DNA of 64,000 bases from Callorhinchus milii (Eukaryota): the NCBI RefSeq assembly GCF_018977255.1, contig NW_024704742.1, forward strand, positions 2,048,001 to 2,112,000, written 5' to 3'. The translations under genes and the position numbers were made by a program. Shown here piece after piece: positions 25,815 to 38,140 of this stretch. How positions within the stretch are numbered: the stretch's first letter is position 1; each line of letters opens with the position of its first letter. The notes under the pieces are model-generated. The model was given only the letters and a program-made list of their open reading frames with translations, searched no databases and was not told the origin of the DNA.

Positions 25815-26077
25815 TACCATCGGTGGCTGGGCTTTCAGCCTCTCGCCCCCACACTCTGGAACTCCATCCCACTGTCCCTTCGCCTCCCTTCCTCGCTCGC
25901 CTCCTTCAAGGCTTCTCTTCGATCGTGGCTTCGGTCTCCCTCCCACCTCTCTGCCTTCCCTCACCCCTACCTCACCCCTCCCCCATGCTCAGGCCCCGAC
26001 ACTGACTGTTCAGCGCTTTGGGACATCCTCCCGACGTGAAAAGTGCTCTATGAATGTAATTTTCTTGTTGTTGTTGT
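25815..26077 (+). mobile_element. L2 LINE 3' end
   Basis: APTLWNSIPLSLRLPSSLASFKA remnant, then GCGCTTTGGGACATCCTCCCGACGTGAAAAGTGC stem-loop and (TTG)n end. Confidence 0.85.
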
Positions 26078-26174
26078 CTGTGCAGCATTAACTAGCTACT
26101 TATTGTTATAGAGCTGTGTAATATAAAGTTAACAATACCATTGTTTCTCCCTTCAGAGTGTGCTGACCAGTGAA

Positions 26175-26290
26175 ACCCACAAATCACAGTCACTTCACTT
26201 TACAGTAAAATCCTACAAAGCATTTCGGGACGTCCTCCCAAGGGTGAAAGGCGCTATACCCAAGTATAAGGATTATTATTATTATAATAA
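26175..26290 (+). mobile_element. SINE 3' fragment
   Basis: CACAGTCACTTCACTTTACAG...GGGACGTCCTCCC...GTGAAAGGCGCTATA...(ATT)n. Confidence 0.75.
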
Positions 26291-26291
26291 T

Positions 26292-26597
26292 GGAGTCCTG
26301 TAGCTCAGTAGTTAGAGCACTCGATTTGCAAGTGAGAGACCTGAGTTCAACTCCAGGCAGAGGGCGAAACCTTGGGCAAGTTTCCTTACTCCACACAGAG
26401 CCTAATAATAATCCCTCCAAAACCAAAAACAATAATAAATTGGTCATTTTCAATCTACGACTGTTTGTGGGACATTGCTGTGCGCAATTGGCTGCCGCGT
26501 TCGCCCACAAATACACAGTCAATTCACTTTACAGTGTGTTCTGTGAAGCGCTTTGGGACGTCCTCCCGACGTGAAAAGCGCTATATCAAATGCAAGG

Positions 26598-26632
<35 letters not shown>
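26292..26632 (+). mobile_element. tRNA(Ala)-derived SINE, short (young) subfamily, full length
   Basis: GGAGTCCTGTAGCTCAG head with TTTGCAA anticodon-like loop and GTTCAA B-box, Deu 3' core, L2-type tail, (ATT)n. Near-identical to 38141-38474. Confidence 0.95.
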
Positions 26633-27344
26633 CATCACAGAAATAGGGTGCAATTTCTTCAGAAACAAAAATGAGTGAACCAGGCATGAGTGAGCTAGTT
26701 TGGAATTTTCTTTAGCGGATGAATAATGAAGGGCAAAGGGAAAGGTTGGGCGTGAAAAGGAGGATGAGAAATATGCAGATTTGTGATATGATTTACGAGA
26801 GAAGAATGTAATATACATTATCTCCTCTGCCTAGAGTTCAATGCATTATGCTAATATTTTAAGTTCTCATGCATTTTAATTTATTTTAATATTTTTTGTT
26901 TCCATGTTTATCATTTTTTTCTGTGCGTCTAAAAACATTTTTGGGCCTTTTTTTTCTCCTTTTGCAACGTGGTCGTTCACCCCTGAACCAAGTCTAGCGA
27001 TACCTTCAGCTTTGGATTTCTCTGTAAAGTTCTTCTGACCCCTTGTACCAGACTTGAGGAAAGTCTGCTGGCCAGATTAGCAATATTTTTGTGTTTTCCT
27101 GCGTAAATGTAACGTAACATTTACGCAGAGCCATTTTCACGTCAGAAGGACGTCTGAAAACCCTGGGCACCTAAACTGTGGGTGGTAGCCGAGGGAGGTA
27201 GGTAAGGTTAGGGGGAGAAGATGACCGACCGAAGGTATGGTCAAAGAAGTTGGATCTCGATTGTACCTTGAAAGAGCGGAGGGAGGGAGCAATTCGGAGG
27301 GCTCTCTCAATTACTCTCTCTTAAGCCCCCTCTTTCACCCCTCT

Positions 27345-27453
27345 TCCCCCCCCCCCCCCCCCCCCCTCTCTCTCACACACACTCTCTCTCTCTCACCTCT
27401 CACAATCTCTCCTTCTCTCTTCCTCAATCCCTCTCTCCTCTCTCTCCTCTCTT
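27345..27453 (+). repeat. poly-C and (CT)n/(CA)n low-complexity tract
   Basis: Directly visible. Confidence 0.85.
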
Positions 27454-28174
27454 TTGCGCTCTCTCGCACACCAAGCTTGTGTCTCATTCATTGATCTTGC
27501 TAGCTCAACTGCTTTCAACCTCAGTAGTGTCTTGCATTTTGGCACTTGGTCCTTTGCCTCGTTTCTCAATAAAAAGAAACTTGTTAGCTGTCAGCATAAT
27601 ACAGCATTGAAAATTGATCGACAAGTGTCAATTGACCGGCAATGATTTATTGGCATCAATTACCTCGCCGTGCAATTTTGCAGATGTTGCTTTTTGTATG
27701 CGTTACGCAATAAAGTCAGTGAAATAATGGATCCATTTCAAAAAATAATTATGTTATCCATATTTCTCTCTGAAGCTATTTATTCAAATAGCTTATAGCT
27801 GAGTAGCAATAATCCCCCCTGGAAATATTTTAATGAAAATAATCTCAAAACAGTCTTGCACAGTCTTCAATCAATGTCAGCCATCTATGTGTTTGACTAT
27901 CATTACCCTAATTTCCATTTAACTGATATTATGGGTTGCATTGGGAAAACATTCTGTTCCGTAATGCGTGTTTAAAGTAGGAATTCGCGGGTTTCACTTT
28001 GTTCGCAAAATCTAAGAAAGAAGTGGGGTCTCTAATCCTCCTTAAGATTTTTGGGTGATTTGCTGAACAATCAACAATTGATTTAACCAGAGATCAAGTC
28101 AGGTCACGTGGGAAAGGACTGTTATAGGACCAGACAATGTCCAGATTAAAGTGGTATCTCCCAGAGGCCAAATG

Positions 28175-28515
28175 AGGAGCATTAACCCTGACGAAGGTCG
28201 CAGGTTGGATTCCTAGATTGCGCGGATTTCAGCTAGAGCAGCACTTTCAGAGTAAGTGTAACTGGGTTAGAGAAGGGAAAAATAAGCCACAGTTCTTGCA
28301 ACTGATTTTACGTGGCATAGTTCAGATGTGTGGGCTTTGAATGGAAATGGGATCAGGCCAATCTATGGTGTGCTTCGCAGTGCGATAGCTTCTAGTTATA
28401 AATGATATGACTCATACATGAATAATCACCAATTGAATGAGGTACTGGAGGACAAGTGGCTTTCATGGAAATGTACACCTTCATGTGAGGAGGAGGGTAG
28501 ATAAAATTGGAAAAC
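28175..28515 (+). mobile_element. old SINE-like repeat (family Y)
   Basis: GAAGGTCGCAGGTTGGATTCC B-box-like start, GGGAAAAATAAGCC, GGATCAGGC, TGAGGTACTGGAGG, GAGGAGGG..AAAATTGGAAAA end. Confidence 0.55.
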
Positions 28516-28944
28516 AATGCACAGCTCAGCATCCCTCGCTGCAGAATTGATCTGCTGGACATTCAGTTACTTAACAAACATTGTTTTTCAAGTGTGCGCA
28601 ATAATTTTCAGAAGATTTTTGCCCAAATGCAGGTAACCTAAAATGATCAGTTCACTCTATCTTACTGATCGATGCCATTGCCATCCTGTGACCTGAGCAA
28701 AGGTCTGTTCACAGATCACAGACACTACCATCTGGATCTCGTTCCCAAGCTCAGACATGGTATCAGAGAATCTCCAAATGATCCTGGAGGAGTGGGCAAG
28801 TTAGTGGAGAATGTCTATCTAAACCAAGGAAATCTTTACTCCAGGAGGAAATAAAGACATAGTGAGGAAGAATTGAGAATTGAACTGATATCCAAACCAA
28901 AAGGCTCCTGGAAATAACCTTCCCTAGAAATCTAAATAGATAAT

Positions 28945-29125
28945 AAATAATCCTTGTATTTGGTATAGCACCGTTCATGTCTAGATGAGGTCCCAAAGCA
29001 TTTATTATTTATTATTATTATTATTATTATTTCACAGGAGAACACAGCAGCCCAATTGTGCATAGCAGCATTCCACAAACAGCCATGAAATGAATGACCA
29101 GTCTTATTTGAGAGATTGATGACTG
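28945..29125 (-). mobile_element. Deu-type SINE 3' fragments
   Basis: TAATCCTTGTATTTGGTATAGCACC tail and GCAGCCCAATTGTGCATAGCAGCATTCCACAAACAGCCATGAAATGAATGACC core. Confidence 0.6.
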
Positions 29126-29261
29126 GGGAAATTTCCGTGTGTAGGTAGGACACACGTGTGGGAACCTTCATTCTAGTTTGGATACTTCTAAGCATAGTGT
29201 TCACGGGTGTCAGCTAACCAAAACACATCTACGCGTGTCTGTCCACTCCAATCTGAAAATA

Positions 29262-29505
29262 AACATAAAAACATACAACATACAGATCTACCGGACAGAA
29301 GGAGGCTACTTGGCCCATCAAGCTCACACAGTAAGGAGATTGCTTCAATCCCTCCACCCCAATTTATACCCATACCCCTTCAAACCTCCCTCTTTCCTAA
29401 GCCTGTCCCTCTTGCAAGCTACAATTGTGTGATGTATCTCCCATCGCCCCATCCTGCACCCGACCTCAACCTGTTCCTGGCTAACCTAAACCATTCCTGT
29501 GTGAA
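29262..29505 (-). mobile_element. CR1 LINE 3' tail
   Basis: ACATACAACATACAG...ACAGAAGGAGGCTACTTGGCCCATC; the ORF2 end follows on the minus strand. Confidence 0.55.
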
Positions 29506-29679
29506 TAGAAATGAGGGGTTATAAAAGGAGTGAAGAGGATTAGAAATTCTGGGCCGGCCTGAGTGGGTTACCAATGTTAGTATCATAGCAAAATTGGGGA
29601 ACAAAATTGATTAGCGAACCTCTTTATGCAATCGGGAATAGACAGCTGATTAGCACTTTGAGATATCATTGAAATGTGA

Positions 29680-29965
29680 GCCTGGGTGGAAGTATTTTAG
29701 CCTCTGACTCAGAATGTGGTGAGGTCGAGCCCTATATTGAGCCTTGGAACTCACATAGTCTAAGCTCACACTCCAGTACTGCATTGTTGAAGGTGCTGTC
29801 CTTGGATGAGACGTTAAACCCAAGTCCCGTCCATCTGTTCAGGTGGACCTCAAAGATCCCATGGAACCTATTCGAAAAGAGGAGAGAGATTATCCTGGAC
29901 AACAATCCTCCAAACAAAATGAGTCATTCATTTCACAGCTGTACGTGCGCAAATTGGCTGCCCCA
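29680..29965 (+). mobile_element. Deu-domain SINE, partial
   Basis: CACTCCAGTACTGCATTGTTGAAGGTGCTGTCCTTGGATGAGACGTTAAACCCAAGTCCCGTCCATCTGTTCAGGTGGACCTCAAAGATCCCATGG...GTGCGCAAATTGGCTGCC. Confidence 0.8.
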
Positions 29966-30029
29966 TTCACTCAAGAAACAAGCCTCAGGGAGGCATAGCA
30001 AGGAGCAATCCTTGTACACTTCTGCGTTC

Positions 30030-30368
30030 CAGCAGTATGGAAAGCTTGCCAGACAGCCATATCAATGGACAAGCTGTGCGGCTTTAGCTGGTCAGACTCC
30101 AGCAGAACCCCAACGCACACTCTGGGGTCCCCAAGCCTTGGCTCTTGCCAACCTGTGCCTAATACTTTCTGGAATTAGGTCAGCAGGAAGTGTCCCTCCA
30201 GGGAGAAAGAGAGAGAGAGAGAGCGTATTCCATCCCAACAATCTATCTCTGGGATTTCCATGTGTAAGTGGGAGGTGTGGAAATCTCAGTTTGGTTTGGA
30301 TACTCTTCAGCAACGGTGATGGGTTTCCGCACATGTCAGACACCCGGTAGACCAGAGAAAAAAAAACA
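30030..30368 (+). mobile_element. unclassified interspersed repeat (family X), longest copy, A-tailed
   Basis: Overlaps by sequence with four other copies; ends TGTCAGACACCCGGTAGACCAGAG followed by an A run. Confidence 0.75.
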
Positions 30369-31109
30369 GTTAGTCTTCAGTCCAGGCTGATCAGCCCCTT
30401 TCAAGAATCCCTGCAGCACAACATTAGTAATTAAATTAAATCCAAACAACAGAAGCCGTTGTCTAGCATTAGGGCCTAATTGCCAGCCGGTTGAAACATT
30501 CAATTTTGATTAATTGTCTAACATCTCTGCGAACGATGTTAAAAGTGCTCTCTGAAATGCCACAGGATAAGCTTTAACAGCGTCTATTGAAAAATAAGTC
30601 TACAATGGCTGTTGATTTGATGCATGCTTCACATTATGCCGAATACTTTGGTGTTGTGTTTGACCACCAAATAGTTAAGTGTATGTTTCGGATATGTGAA
30701 GAACTCGCAGCAAATTAAATTTTAAAACTAAATGAGGCAGAATTGGGACTTTACAAGAACTACCGTGGAATGTATGTCAAGGTCAACCTTTGCGGTGAAA
30801 TTTCCCCAGCACAGACATCCTTGTGTTTCTTTTCTTGGCTGTATAGTAACTGAATGTGGTCTAGGCTGTGAATTAGTCACTAAGGCAACCGTGCAAAATA
30901 AAGCACTTTGCACAGCCATTATACTCAATACAATATCAGGAATGTGATCTTCAAAAAAACGTGGATTTTGCAGCAACAGCTGTTGAGTGGACTTATATAA
31001 GAAGCATTGAATTAGTCTAGAATATTATGATGTTCTGCTCCACTCACCTTGTTGGCGCAGATTTGGGAAGCAGGACTTTATAAAATGAAGGCAATTTGCC
31101 CGCAGAGAT

Positions 31110-31910
31110 CACAAGATCGATCGAGATAAAGAAGGTCCATCGGCCCATCTGTTCTCAACCATCCTCCCATCAGAACATTGAGCTACTTTTCCAGTACTCC
31201 GGCCTCAACCCCCATTTCTGACAACCAGTCATTCGTTACTTGCCTCGCAAGCGAGAGGACCTGGGTCCGATTCCCGGGCAGAGCGAAACGTTGGGCAAGT
31301 TTCCTCACTCCGCACGCCTCTGTTTACCTGGAAGTAGGTAGGAACCCGGTTGTTAGTCAATTGGCGGATCACTTTTCTGGGGGTAATAATCCCTTCCCCC
31401 CGAAAAAAATAGTAATAATAATTTGGTCACTTAATCCACAACTCTTTGTGGGACACTGCTGTGCGTAATTAGAACTGTATGCAGTACTCTAGGTACAGTC
31501 TGACCAGAGCACTGCAGAGCTTAAGTATGACCTATTCAAGTGTGGATCTAAACTCGAACTGATTTGACAATATAGCCCACTGTCCTGTTAGCCGTTGATT
31601 ATTGCTGCCTCACACTGTTTGACATTGTGAGCGATGAGTCAACTAGCACCCTTAGATCTCTTTCAGCTTCCCCCTTGGCACACTCTCTTCCATCCACAGA
31701 GTACTTGTGTTTCCTCTTCTTACTTGCAATGTGTAATACATTGCATTAATTTATAATAAAAAAAGGGTTGATTTGTCCATGATCAGCGCATGTGAGTGCT
31801 CTATCAAACTGTTATTTGTAGGACCTTAGCTGCCTCCACAGTTCCCCCAAATTTGGTGTCATCTGCAAGTTTAACTATCTTACATTGTGTCTGTGAATTC
31901 AGGTCATTAC
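31110..31910 (-). mobile_element. CR1 LINE RT domain and 3' end, interrupted by a SINE
   Basis: Minus-strand NDLNSQTQCKIVKLADDTKFGGTV (xADD motif), CNVLHIASKKRKHKY, ERDLRVLVDS and SALVRLYLEYCIQF; CR1 tail at about 31110-31230. Confidence 0.85.
31238..31470 (+). mobile_element. tRNA-derived SINE, long subfamily, truncated, nested in CR1
   Basis: GCCTCGCAAGCGAGAGGACCTGGGTCCGATTCCCGGGCAG head through GGGACACTGCTGTGCGTAATT. Confidence 0.85.
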
Positions 31911-32059
31911 AACAACTTGCACTGATCTTTCGAATGGGCTATAGTTTATCGCCAGGCAGGGTGGTACTGGAAGTGACCGTAAATACGGTCGAGGAGGAGA
32001 AGTCTTCAAATCTGTTTGTAAGTGAAAACTCTTTCATTGTCTCTTGATCTATCACTAAC

Positions 32060-32220
32060 CAGGCAGGGCATAACCTTGGGCGAGTTTCCTTTCTCCACAT
32101 TCCTCTGTTTATCTACGTTTTGCACACAAATACACAGTCAATTCACTTTATGGTATATTCCGTGAAGCGCTTTGAGACGTCTCAATAACGTGATTATGCA
32201 AGGATTATTGTTGTTATTAT
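32060..32220 (+). mobile_element. tRNA-derived SINE, deleted copy
   Basis: CAGGCAGGGCATAACCTTGGGCGAGTTTCC and CACAGTCAATTCACTTTA...GCGCTTTGAGACGTCTC tail. Confidence 0.75.
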
Positions 32221-35200
32221 AACTCTCAAAACTGTCTCTCAGATGTCACGATGAATATCGGCTTTGGGATCCTGTTTTTAGTGATAATCTTCTCCCTCAA
32301 TTCCACTCCGTTTTGTTTTCTGTGGACACTCCTGTTCTTTTTCCTGAAGTAGAGGAGGTTCTGGGAAGGCTGCCCGGAATAATAATTTTTTTTTCCAGAA
32401 CGAAACAGATAGTGAGCCCACAAACAATGTCCTTCCCCGACACTGCACACCCTCCTTTCCCCCACCCCAATGATTAACCAGTTTTGTGCTATGTTATATC
32501 ATTAAAGCACCACAAAGTACTGGATTCACTCTCTCTAGTACGCTGCCAAACCTCTTTATTGTTATTGCACTTTATTTAGCTTCCAAAATAAACACTCGAA
32601 AACATTTTTTTTTCGTAACGTGCGAACTGAATGGTCATTTAGCATTGAATGCGAATTGGAGTTAAGTGAAGTTCACACCCGCGCAATTATAGCCCGAAAA
32701 AAAAATGATTTAAACAGGCTGCGAAAGGCTTGCTCTCGCGCAGATGTCTGCAGGAAAATATTCGACGCTCAAAAATTCCATCGAAGGTTCCGACTTTCAG
32801 GAAATAAAGTCGTCAGGTTCAGATCTTGGTGTCAACAAAGTGAAATTCAAAGAAGAGATTCCCGCTTGTCGTTTCGCCAGGAGTTGATTGTTGAGTACCA
32901 GGAGTAAAGGTGAAAACCATCTAAAAAGGCAGGCTGATGGTTTATCAGTGGGGTGGCGGCTCTGAGAATGCAGTGCCTTCCCCGGTACCTCATTGAAGTG
33001 TCAGCCTCAAACTCCAAGCTCTGCAGTATTTGCAGGTGATGGAGAATCTACGTCTGAGTGAGCCAGGGATGTAAATGTTGAGACGGAAAACCTCTGCGAA
33101 GAAAAACCCGAAGCTCTTTTGGCTTGTGAGGAGATTGCGTTGAACTAAAATTCGCAGCTGCGTTGAAAGCAGAAAAGGACAGAGCTACTCGAAGGGGTCA
33201 ATTGCATGTTAAGTACTTCATATTTTGTATTGGAATACATTATTCCGATAGCGTTTGGTGAACCGTATTTTGACAATTTCTTTTCTCTGCGCGCTGGGGC
33301 ACAGGGCACAGTTTCAACACCAACAAAATCTTGCGTTTATATAACACCACTGGTTGCGCAGAGCGAGTTCTGCGGTCATGAACCCAGCAACTTCAGAACC
33401 AAGCTCTAGCGTTTGCGATTTTGTGTTGACTGCAGAAACACTGGCTGCGAGAGAGCCTCTATTTTTTACCACGCAAGCTCCGAATCCAGCGCCTCTGGAA
33501 ATTCTCAGGCGTCGAGGGTCTCAAGACTTTCATACCTCTTGAGGATTTTGCATGAGACCGAGGAGGAAGATTCCAGATGAGCTCAGTGTTTCCATTTGAC
33601 GGACAGGTGCCCAAATCGTCACCTCTCGTGCACTACCCTCAGAAGTCGGAATACATTAAAGTTTCAGTCGAACGGGCAGACAATTTCCAACACTTCTGAG
33701 TGTTCATTCACAAGCTCATTATGATTCAAAGTTGCTGCGGTTTGCTAAAAAAAACAAGATTTTTGTGTTACTTATTTGTTACGCGAATAAAAAACTGAGT
33801 CATTGGTGCATGACGGACCCCATTATTGAGCAGGTCGAAGCAGTTTACAGAAATGAAGGGTTTAGTGCGTAAATGCGCAGCAACATCTACCAGTTACTTA
33901 GAAAAAAATCTTTGTCATTTCTAGCACTTTACACAAGGAAAACAAACTGAGCTTTAACCACGGAAATGCGTCTTTCTAACACGCGTCTTGTTGCACACTG
34001 ATGGTTATCAAATCTCAGTGTGAATTTCTTTGTCGTAAATGTTCCTAAATCTGCTTTTTTTTCTTTCGAGTTGAAAAGAAGGCGGTGTGCATCATTTTAA
34101 CGCAGAGGAGGATTGCGATAGCATTTCGGAATCTAAGGAAGCTATTTGATCAGATTGAAAGTCACACCGTGTATAAGGAGATTGAACAGGCAATGCTTCA
34201 GTAATGCTTCATATCCAGTGTAGATATTGCAGAGAATATCATTAATGTAGATGGTGTAAAATAGGAAATTGATGTTGCATTTCTTAAATTGTTGCATCAT
34301 AAGGCGGAATGGATAATAGAAATGTGGGCCTCAAAGTGCCTATACGTGAGCGCTAAATGCAACCTTGAACTGGACGAATCTGGGGCAGTGTTGCAAAGTG
34401 GGCCAATTCACACTGCCAAATAGAAAGTGCATAATTAATGGAATAGTGTTTGGGGATTGATCGCTGTGCCATCCGTTCGCTGAGCTGGGCTGATTAAAAG
34501 GTACATCATTCAGTGCCTTCAGTGAGTTTAATATGGTGAAATCACAGCCATAACTTTCCAAAGTGGGAAGAGACTAAAGCGATTTAGGACAATGAATAAA
34601 ATGACTTATCTGTTTCCGAATGTGAAATTACACAATGAGGGCAATGTCAATTGCCAACTGTCCTCCTTCTGTGCAGTAAACATATTTCTATGATTCTACG
34701 GTGATTCTGCTCTTCCACCCACACACAAGAAAAGCACCATCAGAGCGTCTTTTGCAATTGGCTGTCTTTGCCACTTGGCTCTCCCCTGAAACAAGTATTC
34801 CCTGATTTGAAAAGGAATTCAAACGTGATCGCTGAGCAGCATAAGAGTCATGTTATGAAATCCGGTTTCCTTTAGGTTCACCGAGTGAGTCCAATGTTGC
34901 CGAGGTCTACGTTGTCTGTTGTCGTAGCGCGCTTTCCAGTTGGGTTGAAAAACGTATACATATGTCAAGCTTCAGACTAAATGATGGTAAATTTAGCGCA
35001 ATAAACATTATGCTGCTGTTAGCCAACAAGTGAGAAACGCACTCATTTGAAAGCAATAATGTTGAATTTGAATTACAGCTATTAAAATGAATAGACTTCT
35101 GGGTACGCTTATGGAACTTGTAACGATATTCTCCTTGCTTTTATACACAGGAGGCCTCAATGCTATGTGACGTCTTTCTAGTTTCCTCCCAGATTACTGT

Positions 35201-37169
35201 GTTCTAATAATAATGGAAATAATAATCCTCACCCTTGATATACGCCTTACCTTGCCGTAGAGACATCTCAAAAATATGCTGTTAAACAGAATTGACTGTA
35301 TGTGTTTTTTTTTCCTGTTTAAGTGTAATTTCACAGTGCTAAAATTAGAAGGGTGTTTTCCTCCCAAAAATGGAGAGGTTGATTTTTAGACTGATGGAGA
35401 CAATTAGTGTAGGACTTTAAGGATCATAATTTGTTTTAGGACTTTAAGGATTACAATGGTTTAAAGATGGGGGTCTGTACAGGTTTTCACTTTGTCTCTG
35501 AGGTTAAGATTTGCATCGGTGTCACACTGTGAAAATGACTATCTTTCGTCAAAGTGTGGGATTTCCCGGGAGGGTTTTTGATTGACGAGTTCTCTCAATT
35601 TCTGGGATAGAATTTTTGTTGATGGGTTCCTTCGAGGATAGACGATGATTACATAATTTAGCACTGAAGCCTCCTGAGCGTAATTTATGCAATTTGACCC
35701 AACTTTTGTCAACAGAATAGGAAGAGAACTGAAATTATCCCTGTATCATATCTTCCTCTAGTTGTTTGCCCAAGTTCAGTCGCCTGAGTACTTTGTTTTT
35801 TCAAAAACGCGGGTCCTTAATGCCTGGAATCATCCTTGTGACTGTTCTTGGGAAGAATTAAAGGTCTGATTTTGCAGAATGTCACTGTTCGTCAAGGGAG
35901 GAAGAATAGATTGAGCAAATCAACTGTAGCCCAAGGTACAATATGGTATTTAAGTGGATGGAGCTCTCTTCCCTTGTTTAGTACGAGAAAGTTTGCTGAA
36001 TGAAAAGAAGTCAGTTAAGATGCACTCTTCCCCTCCATCCCCCGAGAGTGTGTCCTGATGTCAGCCCAGAGGGAATTACTATACCAGCCGAATGTAATGT
36101 GTGTTTTGCCCAAACTGCCATACAGCCAGGAGCTGTGTACAACCGGTTACAGTAAATTCAATTTAATGTAGATTCTGTCTCTCCCTTTGTTGATCAATTG
36201 ACGTTTGACTTAGATGTAATTTTACAAGTTGATGTTTATTCACTGCAGGCTGTTTGAATTGAGTTGAATTTGAAGTAAGGAATGCAGCAGACCTGAAGAG
36301 CAAGACCACTTTCCAGTGGTCTCCTCGCGCTTATTGTGATTTCGTCTTCTCCGCAGTTTCGCAGCTTACTCGGGCCCGACTTGTGCGTGTTAATTAGATC
36401 CTCTGGGACTGCTCGAAATCTCCCATCGCCTCCTCAAGCAAGCACGGTTCCGTTAGAGTAGTACACGGTTCAGATCTTTTCATACTCAGTGATGCACTTG
36501 GGATTCTGATGCAACCCTGGAATACCTGACAATAGCATACAATATTGGGAGTGACAGAAACATGTTGTATTTTGTATTATTCATGCCAACCAGAGAGACT
36601 GAGTCATGTGTCAGATCACCATGGCTAAGGTGCATTTGCTGAAAAGTCAAGTGCAATTTGGGTTCAGTTACCGAAAGCTGCATTCAAATTATTACTACCC
36701 GCTCAGCTGAATCAAGTTGAGCGCAAGAAAGTTTAACATTTGCTTCAGAACCTTGATGTAAGGAAAGCTACTGGTCCTCTGGGTATTGGTGCTCATGGCT
36801 TTGAAAAGCCTAGTCCAAAGAATTGGTTTGATCCTGGCTCATCCAAATGGAAAATAGCAAACACTGAGCCTGCCAGAAAATCAAGTCTTGTTATATATAT
36901 ATATATATATATATAAAAAAGAAGCTGTTGAAATGTTTCAGTGAGAGGATCGTGGGAAAGTAATAGCATTTTCAGCCTGTGGTGAGCCATTGGTTCTTCC
37001 AGCTTCCCATCTTTCAGCTTGCCTGGAGATGCCTGTGACACATTATATCTCATCATCTTTTAACTCCACATCCTTTTCATTTCCCGGAACTCGTCGAGGT
37101 TTTATTTTAATTAAAAAAAACACACACATTATTCAACTGTCTCTGTTGGTATTTGTTCTCTACGTAACT

Positions 37170-37416
37170 TTTTGTCATCCGGGTGTCTGACATACGGGGA
37201 AACTCATCGCCATGCTTAAGAGCATCCAAACTAAACAGTTACATGCATCCCCCCCTGCACTTGGAAATTCCTGACGTGTTTATTGGAATGGAATGTGCGC
37301 CCTCTCGCTGGAGGGATGGATCCTGATTGCCTAATTCCAGAAAGAATTAGGCGCAGGTTGGCAGGAGCCAAGCCTTGGGGCACCCCAGAGCGTGCGTTGA
37401 GGTACTGCTGGAGTTT
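37170..37416 (-). mobile_element. unclassified interspersed repeat (family X)
   Basis: CCGGGTGTCTGACA...CCTAATTCCAGAAAGAATTAGGCGCAGGTTGGCAGGAGCCAAGCCTTGGGGCACCCCAGAGCGTGCGTTG is the reverse complement of 30095-30355. Confidence 0.75.
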
Positions 37417-37464
37417 TCTGCTTGAAAACCCTTGAGTGTGAATTCCCACAGGCCACAAAGTCCC

Positions 37465-37496
<32 letters not shown>

Positions 37497-38140
37497 AATA
37501 ACTCGCGTTTTTATTTCAACACCTGTAATGTTAAACATCTTGAAGCGCTTCACAGCAATTACCGTTACGTTTAGACACCTTATACTTTGCAGACAAACAA
37601 CCCAGGGTCGCAGCTAAGTCCCACTTAAAGTCATGGGGTGAATGACCGTTCTCGGGAGTAAGCACAGACCCCACACGGTGTCGAGTTCGCCTGCGATCAC
37701 CTCAGGGAGTTTTCTGACCGTGATTTGGCGAATGGTGTGAACTTCCAGCTGTCACTCTTCATGAAAGGAGCAGGAGAGAGAAATTGTACATTTCTACTTA
37801 AACATCTGCTTCCAGTCTCGGCTCCCACGAACAGTTGAAATGCGTAGAAAATGCAAAACGGGCAGAACACTGGCCAATGTGCCGCTCGTTTTTCTTTTGT
37901 TCAGGTTTAGGATTATGCGATAATTCAGATAATTGCATTTCCTCTTCAAACCCATTTAATGAACCACCGCTGCCGTTCACGCGCTGCCTTTGTGGAAAGG
38001 GACGATAAGTTAACGTTAAAGAGGGCGTAAAATCAAAGGAGTGGAGGAGTCTGGATTTAAAAAGTTCCTCGTCTTTGCAAGACGGATGATTTCCTGGTGG
38101 GGTTTTTTTGGTGGGGGAAGAAGGGGGAGCATCCAGACGC

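Noticed and set aside
26290..26674. Recurring ORF peptides ([25 protein letters not shown]) resembling a gene family
   Set aside because: They are translations of the SINE core in different frames; no coding signal.
29676..30350. Longest ORF in the track (224 aa)
   Set aside because: Non-ATG start; runs across a DeuSINE, family X and a (GA)n tract. A chance open frame.
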